A stretch of DNA of 64,000 nucleotides from NCBI GenBank assembly GCA_963716375.1, contig OY970306.1, forward strand, positions 2,421,228-2,485,227. Direction: 5' to 3'. The position numbers were made by a program, and so were the translations under genes. Shown piece after piece: positions 38,104-48,135 of the stretch. Under the pieces are notes generated by a model that saw only the letters and a list, made by a program, of their open reading frames with translations, was not told the origin of the DNA and searched no databases. Source of the stretch: an uncultured Chloroflexia bacterium (GTDB lineage: Bacteria > Chloroflexota > Limnocylindria > Limnocylindrales > CSP1-4). Positions within the stretch are counted from its first letter, which is position 1. Each line of letters opens with the position of its first letter.

Positions 38104-39114
38104 ATGCCGAGCGAATCGACCCCCGCGACGGGCCTGCCGCCCCTCGTCTACCTGAACGCCGCAGACGTCGTCGCGTCCATGCCGCCGATCGAGGAACGCC
38201 TCGTCCTGGCCGAGCGCACGATGCGGGCGCTGGTCGGCGAGGCGCAGCTGCCGCCGAAGATCGGCGTCAGCCCGAGGCCGGCCGATTCGTTCGCCCACGC
38301 GATGCCCGCGCATCTGCGCGATCGCCAGCCGGCAGGCGACCTCCTGGGCATGAAATGGGTGCTCGGCTACCCGACCAACAACGCGCTGGGCATCGCCTCG
38401 ATCCACGGCGTCGTCCTGCTCAACGATCCGGCCACCGGCGTCCCGATCGGGGTCCTCGACGGTGGCCCGATCACGGCCCAGCGCACGGCTGCGATCAGCG
38501 GGGTCGCGATCAGCCGCTGGGGCCCGGCGATCACCGGCCGTGCCCCCCGGGCGACGATCGTCGGCACGGGCATCCAGGGCCGCAGCCACCTGCCGGTCAT
38601 CGCGCACGTCCTGCCAGGCGTCGACCTCGTGCTCTTCGATCGGGACCGGGAACGCGCGGAGGATCTGGCCGAGGCGGCTCGCCGGGAATCCGGCGTCCGC
38701 TCGGTCACGCTCGCCTCGTCGGCGCGCGAGGCCGTGACCAACGCCGACGTCGTCGTCACCGCGGCTTCCTTCGGCCCCGTCAACCAGGTGCTGACAAACG
38801 ACTGGCTGGCGCCGACGGTGACCGTCGTCCCGGTCGATTACGCGACGTATGTGTCCGCGGGCGTCGCCCGCTCGGCCGCCCTGTTCCTCGTCGACGAACG
38901 AGATCAGTTCCTGGCGAACCGGGCGGCCGGCCTGTTCGAGGACTACCCGGACCCGGCCGCCATGATCGGCGAGGCCCTGATCGCCGGCACGCCCCGACCG
39001 GCGGGCCGCGTCGTCATCTCCCACCTTGGGGTCGGCCTCGCCGACGTCGTCTTCGCCGACGCGATCCTGCGAGCGGCCATCGCAGCCGGCCGCGGCACCG
39101 TCCTGCCTCGCTGA
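38104..39114 (+). CDS. Ornithine cyclodeaminase / mu-crystallin family protein
   Basis: A 336-aa protein with a Rossmann fold IVGTGIQGRSHL and the family-conserved ...AASFGPV.. region. Confidence 0.8.
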   Translation: MPSESTPATGLPPLVYLNAADVVASMPPIEERLVLAERTMRALVGEAQLPPKIGVSPRPADSFAHAMPAHLRDRQPAGDLLGMKWVLGYPTNNALGIASIHGVVLLNDPATGVPIGVLDGGPITAQRTAAISGVAISRWGPAITGRAPRATIVGTGIQGRSHLPVIAHVLPGVDLVLFDRDRERAEDLAEAARRESGVRSVTLASSAREAVTNADVVVTAASFGPVNQVLTNDWLAPTVTVVPVDYATYVSAGVARSAALFLVDERDQFLANRAAGLFEDYPDPAAMIGEALIAGTPRPAGRVVISHLGVGLADVVFADAILRAAIAAGRGTVLPR

Positions 39115-39126
39115 CCTCGCACCCTA

Positions 39127-41773
39127 ATGCACCGGTTGCGGCGGCTGCTCATCGGGCTTGCCGTGATCGTTGCGATCGTCGTGGTTGCGGCCGGCGGGCT
39201 GGTCGCCTCGATCACGTCGCGATCGCTCCCGCAGGTCAGCGGCTCGCTCCAGCTCCCGGGCCTCGGCGCACCGGTCTCAGTCCAGCGCGATGCCTCGGGC
39301 GTGGCGCAGATCACCGCCGACACGCCGCACGACCTGTTCATGGCGCAGGGCTACGTCCACGCCCAGGAACGGCTCTGGCAGATGGAGGTCTGGCGGCACA
39401 TCTCGTCTGGTCGCCTGGCCGAGCTGTTCGGCCCGACGCAGCTCAAGACCGATGAATTCATCCGGCTGCTCGGCTGGCGGCAGGCTGCCCAGGTCGATCT
39501 CGACGCGGCGTCGCCGCGGGTCCACGAGGCGCTGAACGCGTATGCCGACGGAGTGAACGCGTACCTCGATGCGCATCGGGGCAACCTCGGGCTGCCGTTC
39601 GTCGTGGTGGGGCTCAAGTCGGGCGCCGGCGCCGGCTACACGCCGGAACCCTGGACCGCGCTCGATTCGATGGCCTGGGCCAAGGTCCAGTCGTGGAACC
39701 TCGCCGGCAACTTCGACTCGGAGGTCTTCCGGATCCTGGCCGACGCGAAGCTGGCCGACCCGGCCCGCACCGATCAGCTCCTGCCGCCCTACCCCGCCGG
39801 CGCGCCGATCATCACGGCCGACGCGGCCACGGCCGATGGCGCGTCGATGGCCGGCGCGGCCACGGCTGGCGTGCCTGCTGCCACGGCCGATGCCGCTGCC
39901 GCGGCCGACGCCGCTGCGGCTGCCACGGCCAATTCGACCGTCATGACCCCGTCCGAAGCGGCCGCCTGGCAGCACCTCGCCGAGCTCAGTCTCGCCCCGA
40001 GCGAGCTCGCCGGCCTGGACGGCGGCCAGGGCCTGGCCGGTGACCACGGCATCGGCTCCAACAACTGGGTCGTGGCGCCGGGCCTCAGTGCGACCGGTCA
40101 CGCACTGCTGGCCAACGATCCCCACCTCGGGATCGGGATGCCGTCGCTCTGGTTCATGAACGGGCTCCACTGCCGGACGGTCTCGGCGGCCTGCCCGTTC
40201 GATGTCGTCGGCGTGTCGTTCCCGGGCGTGCCGGCGGTCGTCCTCGGCCACAACGCCCGGATCGCCTGGGGCGCGACGAACGCCAATCCGGACACGCAGG
40301 ACCTGTTCATCGAGAAGGTCGATCCGGCCAACCCGGCCGACTACCTCTTCAAGGGCCAGTCGATCCCGTTCGCGACTCGGACCGAGACGATCAAGGTCGC
40401 GGGCGCCGCGGATGTCCAGCTCACGATCCGCTCGACCGGCCACGGCCCGATCGTCAACGACGTCGACGACCAGCTCCGCCAGTCCAGCACGCTCTATGCC
40501 CTGCGCTGGGCCTCCACGACCGGCCCGGAGACCACGGTGGACGCGATCTTCGCGTTGAATACGGCGGGCAATTTCGATGAGTTCCGGGCGGCGCTCTCGA
40601 AGTACGGCTCGCCGGCCCAGAACTTCGTCTACGCCGACGTCGACGGCCACATCGGCTACCAGCTGCCCGGCAACATCCCGATCCGGGCCGACGCCACGGA
40701 CCTCGGCGATCGACCCGTTCCGGGCTGGGACGGGCTCCACGAATGGACGGGTCAGATCGCCTTCGACGACCTGCCGAAGCTCTACGATCCGCCGTCCGGG
40801 CTGATCGTCAGCGCCAACAACGAGATCGTGGACGCCTCCTACCCGTACCTGATCTCCCGCGAATTGGATCCGGGCTATCGTGCCGGGCGAATCCTGGCCC
40901 TGCTGAAGGCCGCCGGCCGGAATGGCGTGACCCTCGACGAGATGAGCGCCATCGAGAACGATACGCTCGTCCCGAGAGCCGCCCTGATCGTCCCGAAGCT
41001 GAAGGCTGCGAATGCCTCGACCCCCGACGGCCAGCTCGTTGCCGGGCGGATCCGGACCTGGAATCAATCGTGCGACGTGGACAGCCTCGGCTGCGCGGCG
41101 TACATGACCTTCGAGTACAGGCTGCTGCGCGACGTCTTCGACGACGACCTGGGGCTCGATCTCGCCCGGGACTACGTCGGCACGACGATGTCCTGGCAGG
41201 CCCTGATCGACCTCCTGGCGCGGCCGGCGGATCCCTTCTGGGACGATCGGCAGACACCGGTTCGCGAGGGGGCCGACGCGATCATCGGGCGCGCCATGGA
41301 CGAGGCCGGCCGCGATCTGCGGAATGCGCTCGGCGTGGATTCGCGCTGGACGTGGGGCCGCTTGCACACCGCGACGTTCCGCGAGCCGACCCTCGGCTCA
41401 AGTGGCATCGGACCCCTTGAGTGGTACTTCAACTCCGGGCCCTACCCGGCGGCAGGGGCTGCCGGCGCGGTGCTGAACACGTACTGGCAGGCCGGCCGGG
41501 CGTACCCGGATCCCTACGACCCGACCTATGCGCCAACCAACCTGGTCGGCACGTTCGAGGTGACGAATTTGCCGAGCTACCGCCAGGTGATCGACCTCGG
41601 CAACCTCGATTTCGGCGAGGTTCATCCAGACGACCGGGAACAGCGGCAATCCGTTCGATCGCCACTACGGCGACCTCATCGACGACTGGCTGCACGGCCG
41701 GCTGATCCCGATGCCGTTCTCGACGGCCGCCGTGGACCGAGCCACGGTCTCGACCCTCACCCTGACGCCATGA
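39127..41773 (+). CDS. Penicillin amidase/acylase family (Ntn-hydrolase, S45) protein; C-terminal about 45 codons are in the +1 frame (frame disruption near 41615-41630)
   Basis: N-terminal TM/signal, the conserved GYVHAQERLWQME, and the nucleophile region SNNWVVAP. The canonical C-terminus NSGNPFDRHYGDLIDDWLHGRLIPMPF...TLTP* is only in frame +1. Its stop overlaps the next gene's ATG (ATGA). Confidence 0.7.
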
Positions 41774-42960
41774 CCGTGGCCGATCTGATCGTCGTCGGCG
41801 CTGGGTCGATGGGTGGCTGGACCGCGTTCTGGGGCAATCGCGCCGGGCTCGACACCCTGCTGCTCGACGCGTTCGGGCCGGGCGATGCCCGAGCAACCTC
41901 GGGCGACGAGAGCCGGATCGTCCGCAGCGCGCATGGCGCCGACGACCTCTACGCTCGCTGGTCCCGGGAGGCTCGCGAGCTCTGGCTCAGGTTCAGCGAC
42001 GAATGGGCGGAACCCCTGTTCATCCCGGCCGGGACCCTCTGGCTGGCCCGACGGGAGGGCGCGATCGAGGCGGCCTCCGAGGCGACGCTGCGCGGGCTCG
42101 GCATCCCCGTCGAGCACGTCGGACCGGACGAGCTCGCGCGGCGCTGGCCGCAGATCGATCCGGTGGGCCTCGCCTTCGGCCTGTACGAGCCGGAGGCCGG
42201 CCTCGTCCGAGCCCGCCGCTCGACGATCGTCGTGGCGGAGCAGCTGGCGCGAGAGGGTGGCCGGGTCGAGGTCGCCGCGGTCCGCCCGGGGCGATCGGCC
42301 GGCGATCGGCTCCTCGACGTCGTCGGTGCGGACGGCGCGCGGCGAGCTGCGGACCAGTTCGTGTTCGCCTGCGGGCCGTGGCTGCCACGCCTCTTTCCCG
42401 AGGTGATCGGGCCGCTGATCCGGGTCACCAAGCAGGACGTCGTCTTCCTCGGACCGCCGGCCGGCGACTCGAGCTACGGCGCCGACCGACTGCCCGCCTG
42501 GGTCGAGCTCGATTCGGCGATCTACGCCCTGCCGGCCCTCGACGGGCGCGGGGTGAAGCTCGGGCCGGACCGGGCCGGCGCGCCGTTCGATCCATCCGCG
42601 GGCGAACGCATCGTCGACGCGGATTCGGTGCGCCTCGTCCGCGACTACGTCCGGCGTCGCGTGCCGGGACTGGCGCGCGCGGCCGTCGTCGAGACCCGCG
42701 TCTGCCAGTACGAATCCACGATCGACGGCCACTTCGTGATCGATCGGCACCCCGACTGGTCCAACGTGTGGCTGGTCGGCGGCGGCAGCGGTCACGGCTT
42801 CAAGCACGGCCCGCTGCTCGGCCAGTACGTCGTGGCGCGTCTGGGGGGAGCCGCGCCGGGGCCCGGCGAGGAGCGCTTCGGCCTCGCCCGCGCCGGGGCG
42901 GCGCCGGCCGGCGTTCGAACCGGCGGCGGCGCGATCCCGGACGACTCGCCGCCCTACTGA
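41770..42960 (+). CDS. FAD-dependent oxidoreductase (DAO family; sarcosine/amino-acid oxidase-like)
   Basis: Dinucleotide motif DLIVVGAGSMGGW and C-terminal GGGSGHGFKHGP. Confidence 0.8.
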   Translation: MTVADLIVVGAGSMGGWTAFWGNRAGLDTLLLDAFGPGDARATSGDESRIVRSAHGADDLYARWSREARELWLRFSDEWAEPLFIPAGTLWLARREGAIEAASEATLRGLGIPVEHVGPDELARRWPQIDPVGLAFGLYEPEAGLVRARRSTIVVAEQLAREGGRVEVAAVRPGRSAGDRLLDVVGADGARRAADQFVFACGPWLPRLFPEVIGPLIRVTKQDVVFLGPPAGDSSYGADRLPAWVELDSAIYALPALDGRGVKLGPDRAGAPFDPSAGERIVDADSVRLVRDYVRRRVPGLARAAVVETRVCQYESTIDGHFVIDRHPDWSNVWLVGGGSGHGFKHGPLLGQYVVARLGGAAPGPGEERFGLARAGAAPAGVRTGGGAIPDDSPPY

Positions 42961-42981
42961 GGGCGCCCCGGGGCCGGCCGG

Positions 42982-43572
42982 TCAGCCGGCCGGTTCGAAT
43001 TCGAGCCGGACGATCCAGCGCGACCGGCCGCCCGACGTCGCGTCGGTCTCGCGGACCGTTCGAAAGCCCGCTCGCCGGAACATGCCGACCGTGCCGACAT
43101 AGGCGAGCTCCGCCTTGAGCCTCGGCCCGTCGCCACCGACCGGGTAGGCCTCGAGGCCCGCCGCGCCGCGCTCGCGGGCATAGGCCACGGCGCCGTCCAG
43201 CAGATCGGCCGTCACCCCTGAGCCGCGCGCGTCGCGATGGACGAAGAAGCAGACGATCGACCAGACGGGCAGGTCGTCCACGGGCGGCAGCGTCCGGGAT
43301 CGATTGAGCCGCTCGAGCGAACTCCTCGCCCCGAGCCCGATCCAGCCGACAGCCCGACCGCCCCGAACCGCGAGGAGGCCCGGCGCGGGATCGTCGCCGG
43401 CCATCGCCTGGAGCCGCTCCCGGTGGGCCGTGCCGGTGGTGGCGCTGTAGTCGCCCGCCGACAGCCGCCAGAACATGCACCAGCAGCCACCGTCCGCGCC
43501 ACGCCGGCCGAACAGCTCGGCGACGTCGGCCCATCGATCGGCCGTGAGCGGGACAATCTCGGTGCCCGCCAT
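42982..43572 (-). CDS. GNAT family N-acetyltransferase
   Basis: A 196-aa protein with acetyl-CoA motif ...HRDARGSGVTADLL... Confidence 0.7.
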   Translation of the reverse strand: MAGTEIVPLTADRWADVAELFGRRGADGGCWCMFWRLSAGDYSATTGTAHRERLQAMAGDDPAPGLLAVRGGRAVGWIGLGARSSLERLNRSRTLPPVDDLPVWSIVCFFVHRDARGSGVTADLLDGAVAYARERGAAGLEAYPVGGDGPRLKAELAYVGTVGMFRRAGFRTVRETDATSGGRSRWIVRLEFEPAG

Positions 43573-43961
43573 CAGTTGCGCAGCGCCCGATTGAGCTGGG
43601 CCGAGAACGGCACGCGCGTCAGGAGGCGGCTGCCGGCCCGGATCTCGAAGGCGTAGAGGCCAGGCTCCGGCACGAGCGTGCCCATCAGGTCCACGGTGAG
43701 GTCGAGGCCACGGAGTGGCTGTTCGGGCGACGCCGCCGCCACATCGGCCCGCAGGGCGAGTTCCGCGAGCACCGTCCGGCCTCGAACGAACCGCATGCCG
43801 AGGTCGACGACGGCCTCCGATTCGTTCGGCTCGAGGGCGATCCGGATGACGAGGACGCCGGTCAGCGTCGTCGGAAACGAGGCGGCCAGCACGGACTGGA
43901 AGATGCCGATCACGCTCGGCTTGTCGTTGACGACCTCGCTTCGATCGGCCAGGACGGCCAT
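43572..43961 (-). CDS. Hypothetical protein
   Basis: Start chosen at MAVLADRS (the track ORF's upstream part overlaps the Rieske gene). No recognisable domain. Confidence 0.3.
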   Translation of the reverse strand: MAVLADRSEVVNDKPSVIGIFQSVLAASFPTTLTGVLVIRIALEPNESEAVVDLGMRFVRGRTVLAELALRADVAAASPEQPLRGLDLTVDLMGTLVPEPGLYAFEIRAGSRLLTRVPFSAQLNRALRN

Positions 43962-44001
43962 CAGGACTCGCAGCGCCAGCCTCCCCTCGTCACGTGCGTG
44001 G

Positions 44002-44298
44002 CTACTCCCAGAACTCGATGATGACGCGGCCATCTTCGATCGACACGGGATAGACGATCAGCGGCTCGTCCGCGGGCGGATCGAGCGGATCGCCGGTCTC
44101 GAGATCGAAGCGCGAGAGGTGCAGGGCGCAGGTCAGGGTGTCGCCGGTCAGGAACCCCTTGTCGAGCTCGAAGTACTCGTGGCTGCAGACGCCCTGGACG
44201 GCCTTCAGCTCGCCCCGGACGTTGATCACGAGGACCTGCTCGACGCCGTCCACCCAGCCCATCTTCATGGTCCCTTCGGGGACCTCGTCGATCCCCAT
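44002..44298 (-). CDS. Rieske [2Fe-2S] ferredoxin-like protein, suf-associated
   Basis: CSHE...CALH (CxH-X17-CxxH). It lies directly downstream of sufD, as in actinobacterial suf operons. Start chosen at MGIDEVPEG to avoid the sufD overlap. Confidence 0.7.
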   Translation of the reverse strand: MGIDEVPEGTMKMGWVDGVEQVLVINVRGELKAVQGVCSHEYFELDKGFLTGDTLTCALHLSRFDLETGDPLDPPADEPLIVYPVSIEDGRVIIEFWE

Positions 44299-44315
44299 CA
44301 GGTCCACGCGGCGGG

Positions 44316-45753
44316 TCACGCCGCGCTGGTTCCCGACGGCTCCAGACGCGCAGCGTCCCATTTCGCCTCGAGCAGCTCGCGCAGGCGGTCCCGGGCCGAC
44401 TCCAGCGGCATGCGCGCCACGACCGGCTCGAGGAAACCGAGGACGATGAACTTGCGCGCGTCGTCCGGCGCGATCCCGCGGCTCTCGAGGTAGAAGAGCT
44501 GCGACTCGTCGATCGGGCCGACCGACGACGAATGCATCGCCCGGCGGCAGTCGGGCTGGTCGATCTCGAGGCTCGGGATGGCCACGGCCCGGGCCCCGCG
44601 CGAGAGGTTCATCCCGAACTCGCCGAGGAAGCTGTCCGTCCCGATGGCCGACTTCTCGATCGTGATCAGGCCCTTCATGAAGCTGCGGGCGGAATCCTGG
44701 AGGACGCCCTTCGAGAGGAGGTTGCCGGTCGTGTCGCGGCCGATGTGGCGGGTGAACGAGGTGAGGTCGAAGAGCTGGTCGTCCGAGCCGAAGACGATCT
44801 CGACCTGCTCGACGGAGCTGCCGTCACCTTCGAGCCGGTTGTCGACCCGATTGCGGACGAGCCGCCCACCCAGCTGGGCGAGCGCCCAATGGAGGCTGGC
44901 CTGGCGGCCGATTGCGGCATGCCGGTGGATGAACACGACCTGGTCGATCGTGCAGTTCTGGAGGCTGGCCAGCGACAGGTGGGCGCCCTGCGCCAGACGG
45001 ACTTCGCTGGTGCCGGTGAAGAGCGCCTGCGGCACTTCCTCGCCCTCCGCGCAGGCCACGGCCGGCCGGTACGGCTCGAGTTCCTCGACGACGCGCGCCT
45101 CGGCGTCCTCGCCGACCTCGATCAGCGTCCGTGTCAGGACGGCGCTCCCCGGACGGCCGAGCAGCCAGCGCAGGACGATCGGCTCCTCCAGGCGCAGGCC
45201 GGCCGGAACCGCGAGGTGGATGCCCTGGCTCCACAGCGCACGGGTGAGCTGGGCCAGCTTGTCACCCGCGGGCAGCGTCGTTCCGCCGTCGATCGCGGCA
45301 CGGAAGCCGGCCGGGTCGCGCGCCCGCGAAGCTCGCGAAGGTCTCGAGGACGACCCCGGCCGCGGCGGCGGCCGCGGACAGGACCAGTTGGGCAACTCCG
45401 TCATCGCCGAGCTCGATCAGGCCGGCCGCGCCCTCGGGCAATGCGGAGGTCGTTCCGTCCGGCGCTCCCTCGCGGTTCGTTGCGGGGATCGCGGGCTGGA
45501 CATCGGCGAGACGCGCGTTGCGCAGGTCGAGGTAGGTCGTGTAGAGCGGGTTGCTCTCGACCGGCAGCGGCGCGAACGCGGCGAGTGCGGCCAGCCGATC
45601 GGCGAGGAGCCACTCGGGCTCGCCGAGGTCCGCGGATTGACGGCGCGTCGTCACCTCGTCGGCGAAGGTGAGACTGAGCTCGGTCGGCGACTGACGCGGC
45701 CGCCGGGCCGCTCCAGTGGTTCCGGGGCGGACCGGCCGGTCGACCTGGGTCAC
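44316..45753 (-). CDS. sufD: Fe-S cluster assembly protein SufD, reading frame interrupted (N-terminal part in the frame of ORF 45262-46293, C-terminal part in the frame of ORF 44316-45404)
   Basis: The N-terminal part has ...[33 protein letters not shown]... The C-terminal part has ...[37 protein letters not shown] start overlaps the sufB stop (GTGA). The junction ...FASFAGAR / [12 protein letters not shown] maps to 45300-45325 (gcgggcgcgcgac). Confidence 0.7.
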
Positions 45754-47153
45754 CCGAGCGAACCCTCCATCTCGAGCTTCACGAGGCGGTTGAACTCGAT
45801 GGCGTACTCCATCGGCAGTTCCTTCGTGAACACTTCGAGGAAGCCCTGGACGATCAGGTTCTGGGCCTCGTTCTCGGTCAGGCCGCGACTCATCAGGTAG
45901 AAGACCTGGTCGGCGCTGATCTTGCCGACGGTGGCCTCGTGGGTCATCGTCGTGTCGTCTTCCTGGATGTCGATGTACGGATACGTGTCGCTGCGGCTCT
46001 GGTCGTCGAGCATCAGCGCATCGCAGCGGACGCTGGCGACGACGCCCGTGGAGCCCGGCGCGACCTTCAGGGAGCCGCGGTACGTGGCCCGGCCGCCGTC
46101 CTTGCTGACGGACTTGGAGACGATCCGCGAGCGCGTGTTCGGCGCGAGGTGGATCGCCTTGGCGCCCGTGTCCTGGTGCTGGCCCCGACCGGCCACGGCG
46201 ACCGAGATGATGTCGGCCGTGGCGCCCTCGCCGCGCAGGTAGATCGACGGGTACTTCATCGTCAGCCCGGAGCCCGTGTTCGCGTCGATCCACTCGACCG
46301 TCGAGTTGGTGTGCGCGTGGGCCCGCTTCGTGACGAGGTTGTAGACGTCGTTGCTCCAGTTCTGGATCGTCGTGTAGCGGACCTTGGAGCCCGGCAGCGC
46401 GATGACCTCGACGACCGCCGAATGCAGCGAGTCGGTCGCGTAGATCGGGGCCGTGCAGCCCTCGATGTAGTGGACCTTGGCGCCCTCGTCCACGACGATC
46501 AGCGTCCGCTCGAACTGGCCCGTGTTCTCGCCGTTGATGCGGAAGTAGGCCTGCAGCGGCAGCGGCACCTCGACGCCCTTGGGCACGTAGACGAACGAGC
46601 CGCCCGACCAGACCGCGCTGTTGAGCGCCGCGAACTTGTTGTCCTCGGGCGGGACGACCGTGCCGAAGTACTTGCGGAAGATCTCCGGGTGCTCGATCAG
46701 GGCCTGGTCCGTGCCCATGAAGACGACGCCGATCTTGGTCAGCTCTTCACGGACGGAGTGGTAGACCACCTCGGAGTCGTACTGGGCGCCGACGCCCGAG
46801 AGGAACTTGCGCTCCGCCTCGGGGATCCCGAGCCGCTCGAACGTGGCCTTGATCTTCTCCGGCACGTCGTCCCACGACTTCTCTTCGCGCTCGGACGGCT
46901 TGCGGTAGTAGACGATCTTGCCGAAGTCGATCCGGCTGAGGTCGCCGCCCCAGGTCGGCATCGGCCGGGCCAGGAAATGATCGTAGGCGCGGAGCCGGAA
47001 CTGGAGCATCCAGTCGGGCTCGCTCTTGAACGCGCTGATCTCCTCGACGGTCTGCCGGGTCAGGCCGCGCCTGGTCTCGGCGAGATACACGATGTCGTCG
47101 TGGAACGCGAACTCTTCGCGCTTGTCGCTGACCAGCTCGCGTGTCGCGGTCAT
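45750..47153 (-). CDS. sufB: Fe-S cluster assembly protein SufB
   Basis: A full-length 467-aa protein, highly conserved (...[25 protein letters not shown]...). Confidence 0.95.
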   Translation of the reverse strand: MTATRELVSDKREEFAFHDDIVYLAETRRGLTRQTVEEISAFKSEPDWMLQFRLRAYDHFLARPMPTWGGDLSRIDFGKIVYYRKPSEREEKSWDDVPEKIKATFERLGIPEAERKFLSGVGAQYDSEVVYHSVREELTKIGVVFMGTDQALIEHPEIFRKYFGTVVPPEDNKFAALNSAVWSGGSFVYVPKGVEVPLPLQAYFRINGENTGQFERTLIVVDEGAKVHYIEGCTAPIYATDSLHSAVVEVIALPGSKVRYTTIQNWSNDVYNLVTKRAHAHTNSTVEWIDANTGSGLTMKYPSIYLRGEGATADIISVAVAGRGQHQDTGAKAIHLAPNTRSRIVSKSVSKDGGRATYRGSLKVAPGSTGVVASVRCDALMLDDQSRSDTYPYIDIQEDDTTMTHEATVGKISADQVFYLMSRGLTENEAQNLIVQGFLEVFTKELPMEYAIEFNRLVKLEMEGSLG

Positions 47154-47188
47154 CAGGGCTCCTGGGGTCGTGGCGGTGAGGGGCGCGG

Positions 47189-47216
47189 TAATTCCGAGTC
47201 ATATTATCGGAATTCC
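47189..47216. promoter_or_regulatory. AT-rich palindrome TAATTCCGA-N10-TCGGAATTCC immediately upstream of sufB (candidate operator)
   Basis: An 8-10-bp perfect inverted repeat about 40 bp upstream of the sufB start codon, inside an otherwise GC-rich 510-bp leader. Confidence 0.4.
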
Positions 47217-47664
47217 TGCCCAAACCGTCAACGGGCCCTCGGGCGAGGAGCCGTGGCGCTCCCCGTAACCGACGATGAGCAGCTCCGTGCACGCCGGGTG
47301 TTCATTGTCCGGGCAAGGGCTGGCCGCGGCGGCCTGGCGGTTCATCTGGCTGCCCCCGAGCCCGCCGTTGATGAGTCGGATGCTCACCCAGCGAGCATTC
47401 GGTCGCGCAAGGGGCGCGATCTCATGCACCAGCCCGCGCCCGACCCACGGCAACCCGGCGGAATGAACATGTGGCGTGCGCGCCGGACACCTTCCGGTAC
47501 GAGCAGTCCGCAGGGGCCGAGGCAGCCGGCTGGCGCCGCGAGAACCGCGCGCAGCGCGGCTGCGGCCGCAGCCAGTGACCGTCGATCGTTCTTGCGAGCC
47601 GAAGGCCCGGATCGGCTGATGGCCACGGCCAGCCCGCGGCGCAGCCGCAGCGATCGCCAGCAGG

Positions 47665-48117
47665 TCAGACCTTGCCCTCGCGCAGGGTCGCGACGCTCTT
47701 CTCGATCCGGCGCTGACGGGTCTCGGGCGTCTTCGCATCCTCGATGCTGAGCACGTGCCGGAGCCGGTTGCTGTAGGAGAGGCCGTCGAAGAACCGCCTC
47801 GCATCCGGCTCCCGATCGAGGGCCGCCGCGAAGTCGGCGGGCACCGTCACCTCGCGCGGCTCGGTGTCGATCTCGAGATCGACGTCCACCTCGTCGCCCG
47901 CGGCCGTGCCGGAGAGCCGCCGGTTCTCGTTGCTGACACCGAGCCAGTACTCGCCGCCCATGAAGGCGATGCTGCTGCGCCAGGTGTAGCCGTTGATCGT
48001 GACGCGGACGGCCGGCTTGCGGCTCGTGCCGAGGGCCGCCACGACCTCGTCCGGGATTCGCATCCCCGCGGCCGTCTTGCCGGTGCCTTCGATGAGTGCT
48101 CGAATTCGCATTGCCAC
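47665..48117 (-). CDS. DUF1905 + YdeI/OmpD-associated (DUF1801-like) family protein
   Basis: A 150-aa protein (...VRVTINGYTWRSSIAFMGGEYWLGV...RQRRIEKSVATL). Confidence 0.6.
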   Translation of the reverse strand: MAMRIRALIEGTGKTAAGMRIPDEVVAALGTSRKPAVRVTINGYTWRSSIAFMGGEYWLGVSNENRRLSGTAAGDEVDVDLEIDTEPREVTVPADFAAALDREPDARRFFDGLSYSNRLRHVLSIEDAKTPETRQRRIEKSVATLREGKV

Positions 48118-48135
48118 CAGTATTGCCCAGGACGG

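Noticed and set aside
39127-42960. Single 1277-aa ORF suggesting a penicillin-acylase-FAD-oxidase fusion protein
   Set aside because: The acylase's conserved C-terminal motif and stop codon are in the +1 frame. The oxidase ATG overlaps that stop as ATGA. The fusion is an artefact of a local frame disruption.
47154-47664. Expected sufR (ArsR-type repressor) gene upstream of sufB
   Set aside because: No ORF with HTH/ArsR features exists in either strand of the 510-bp leader. Only short GC-bias ORFs are present.
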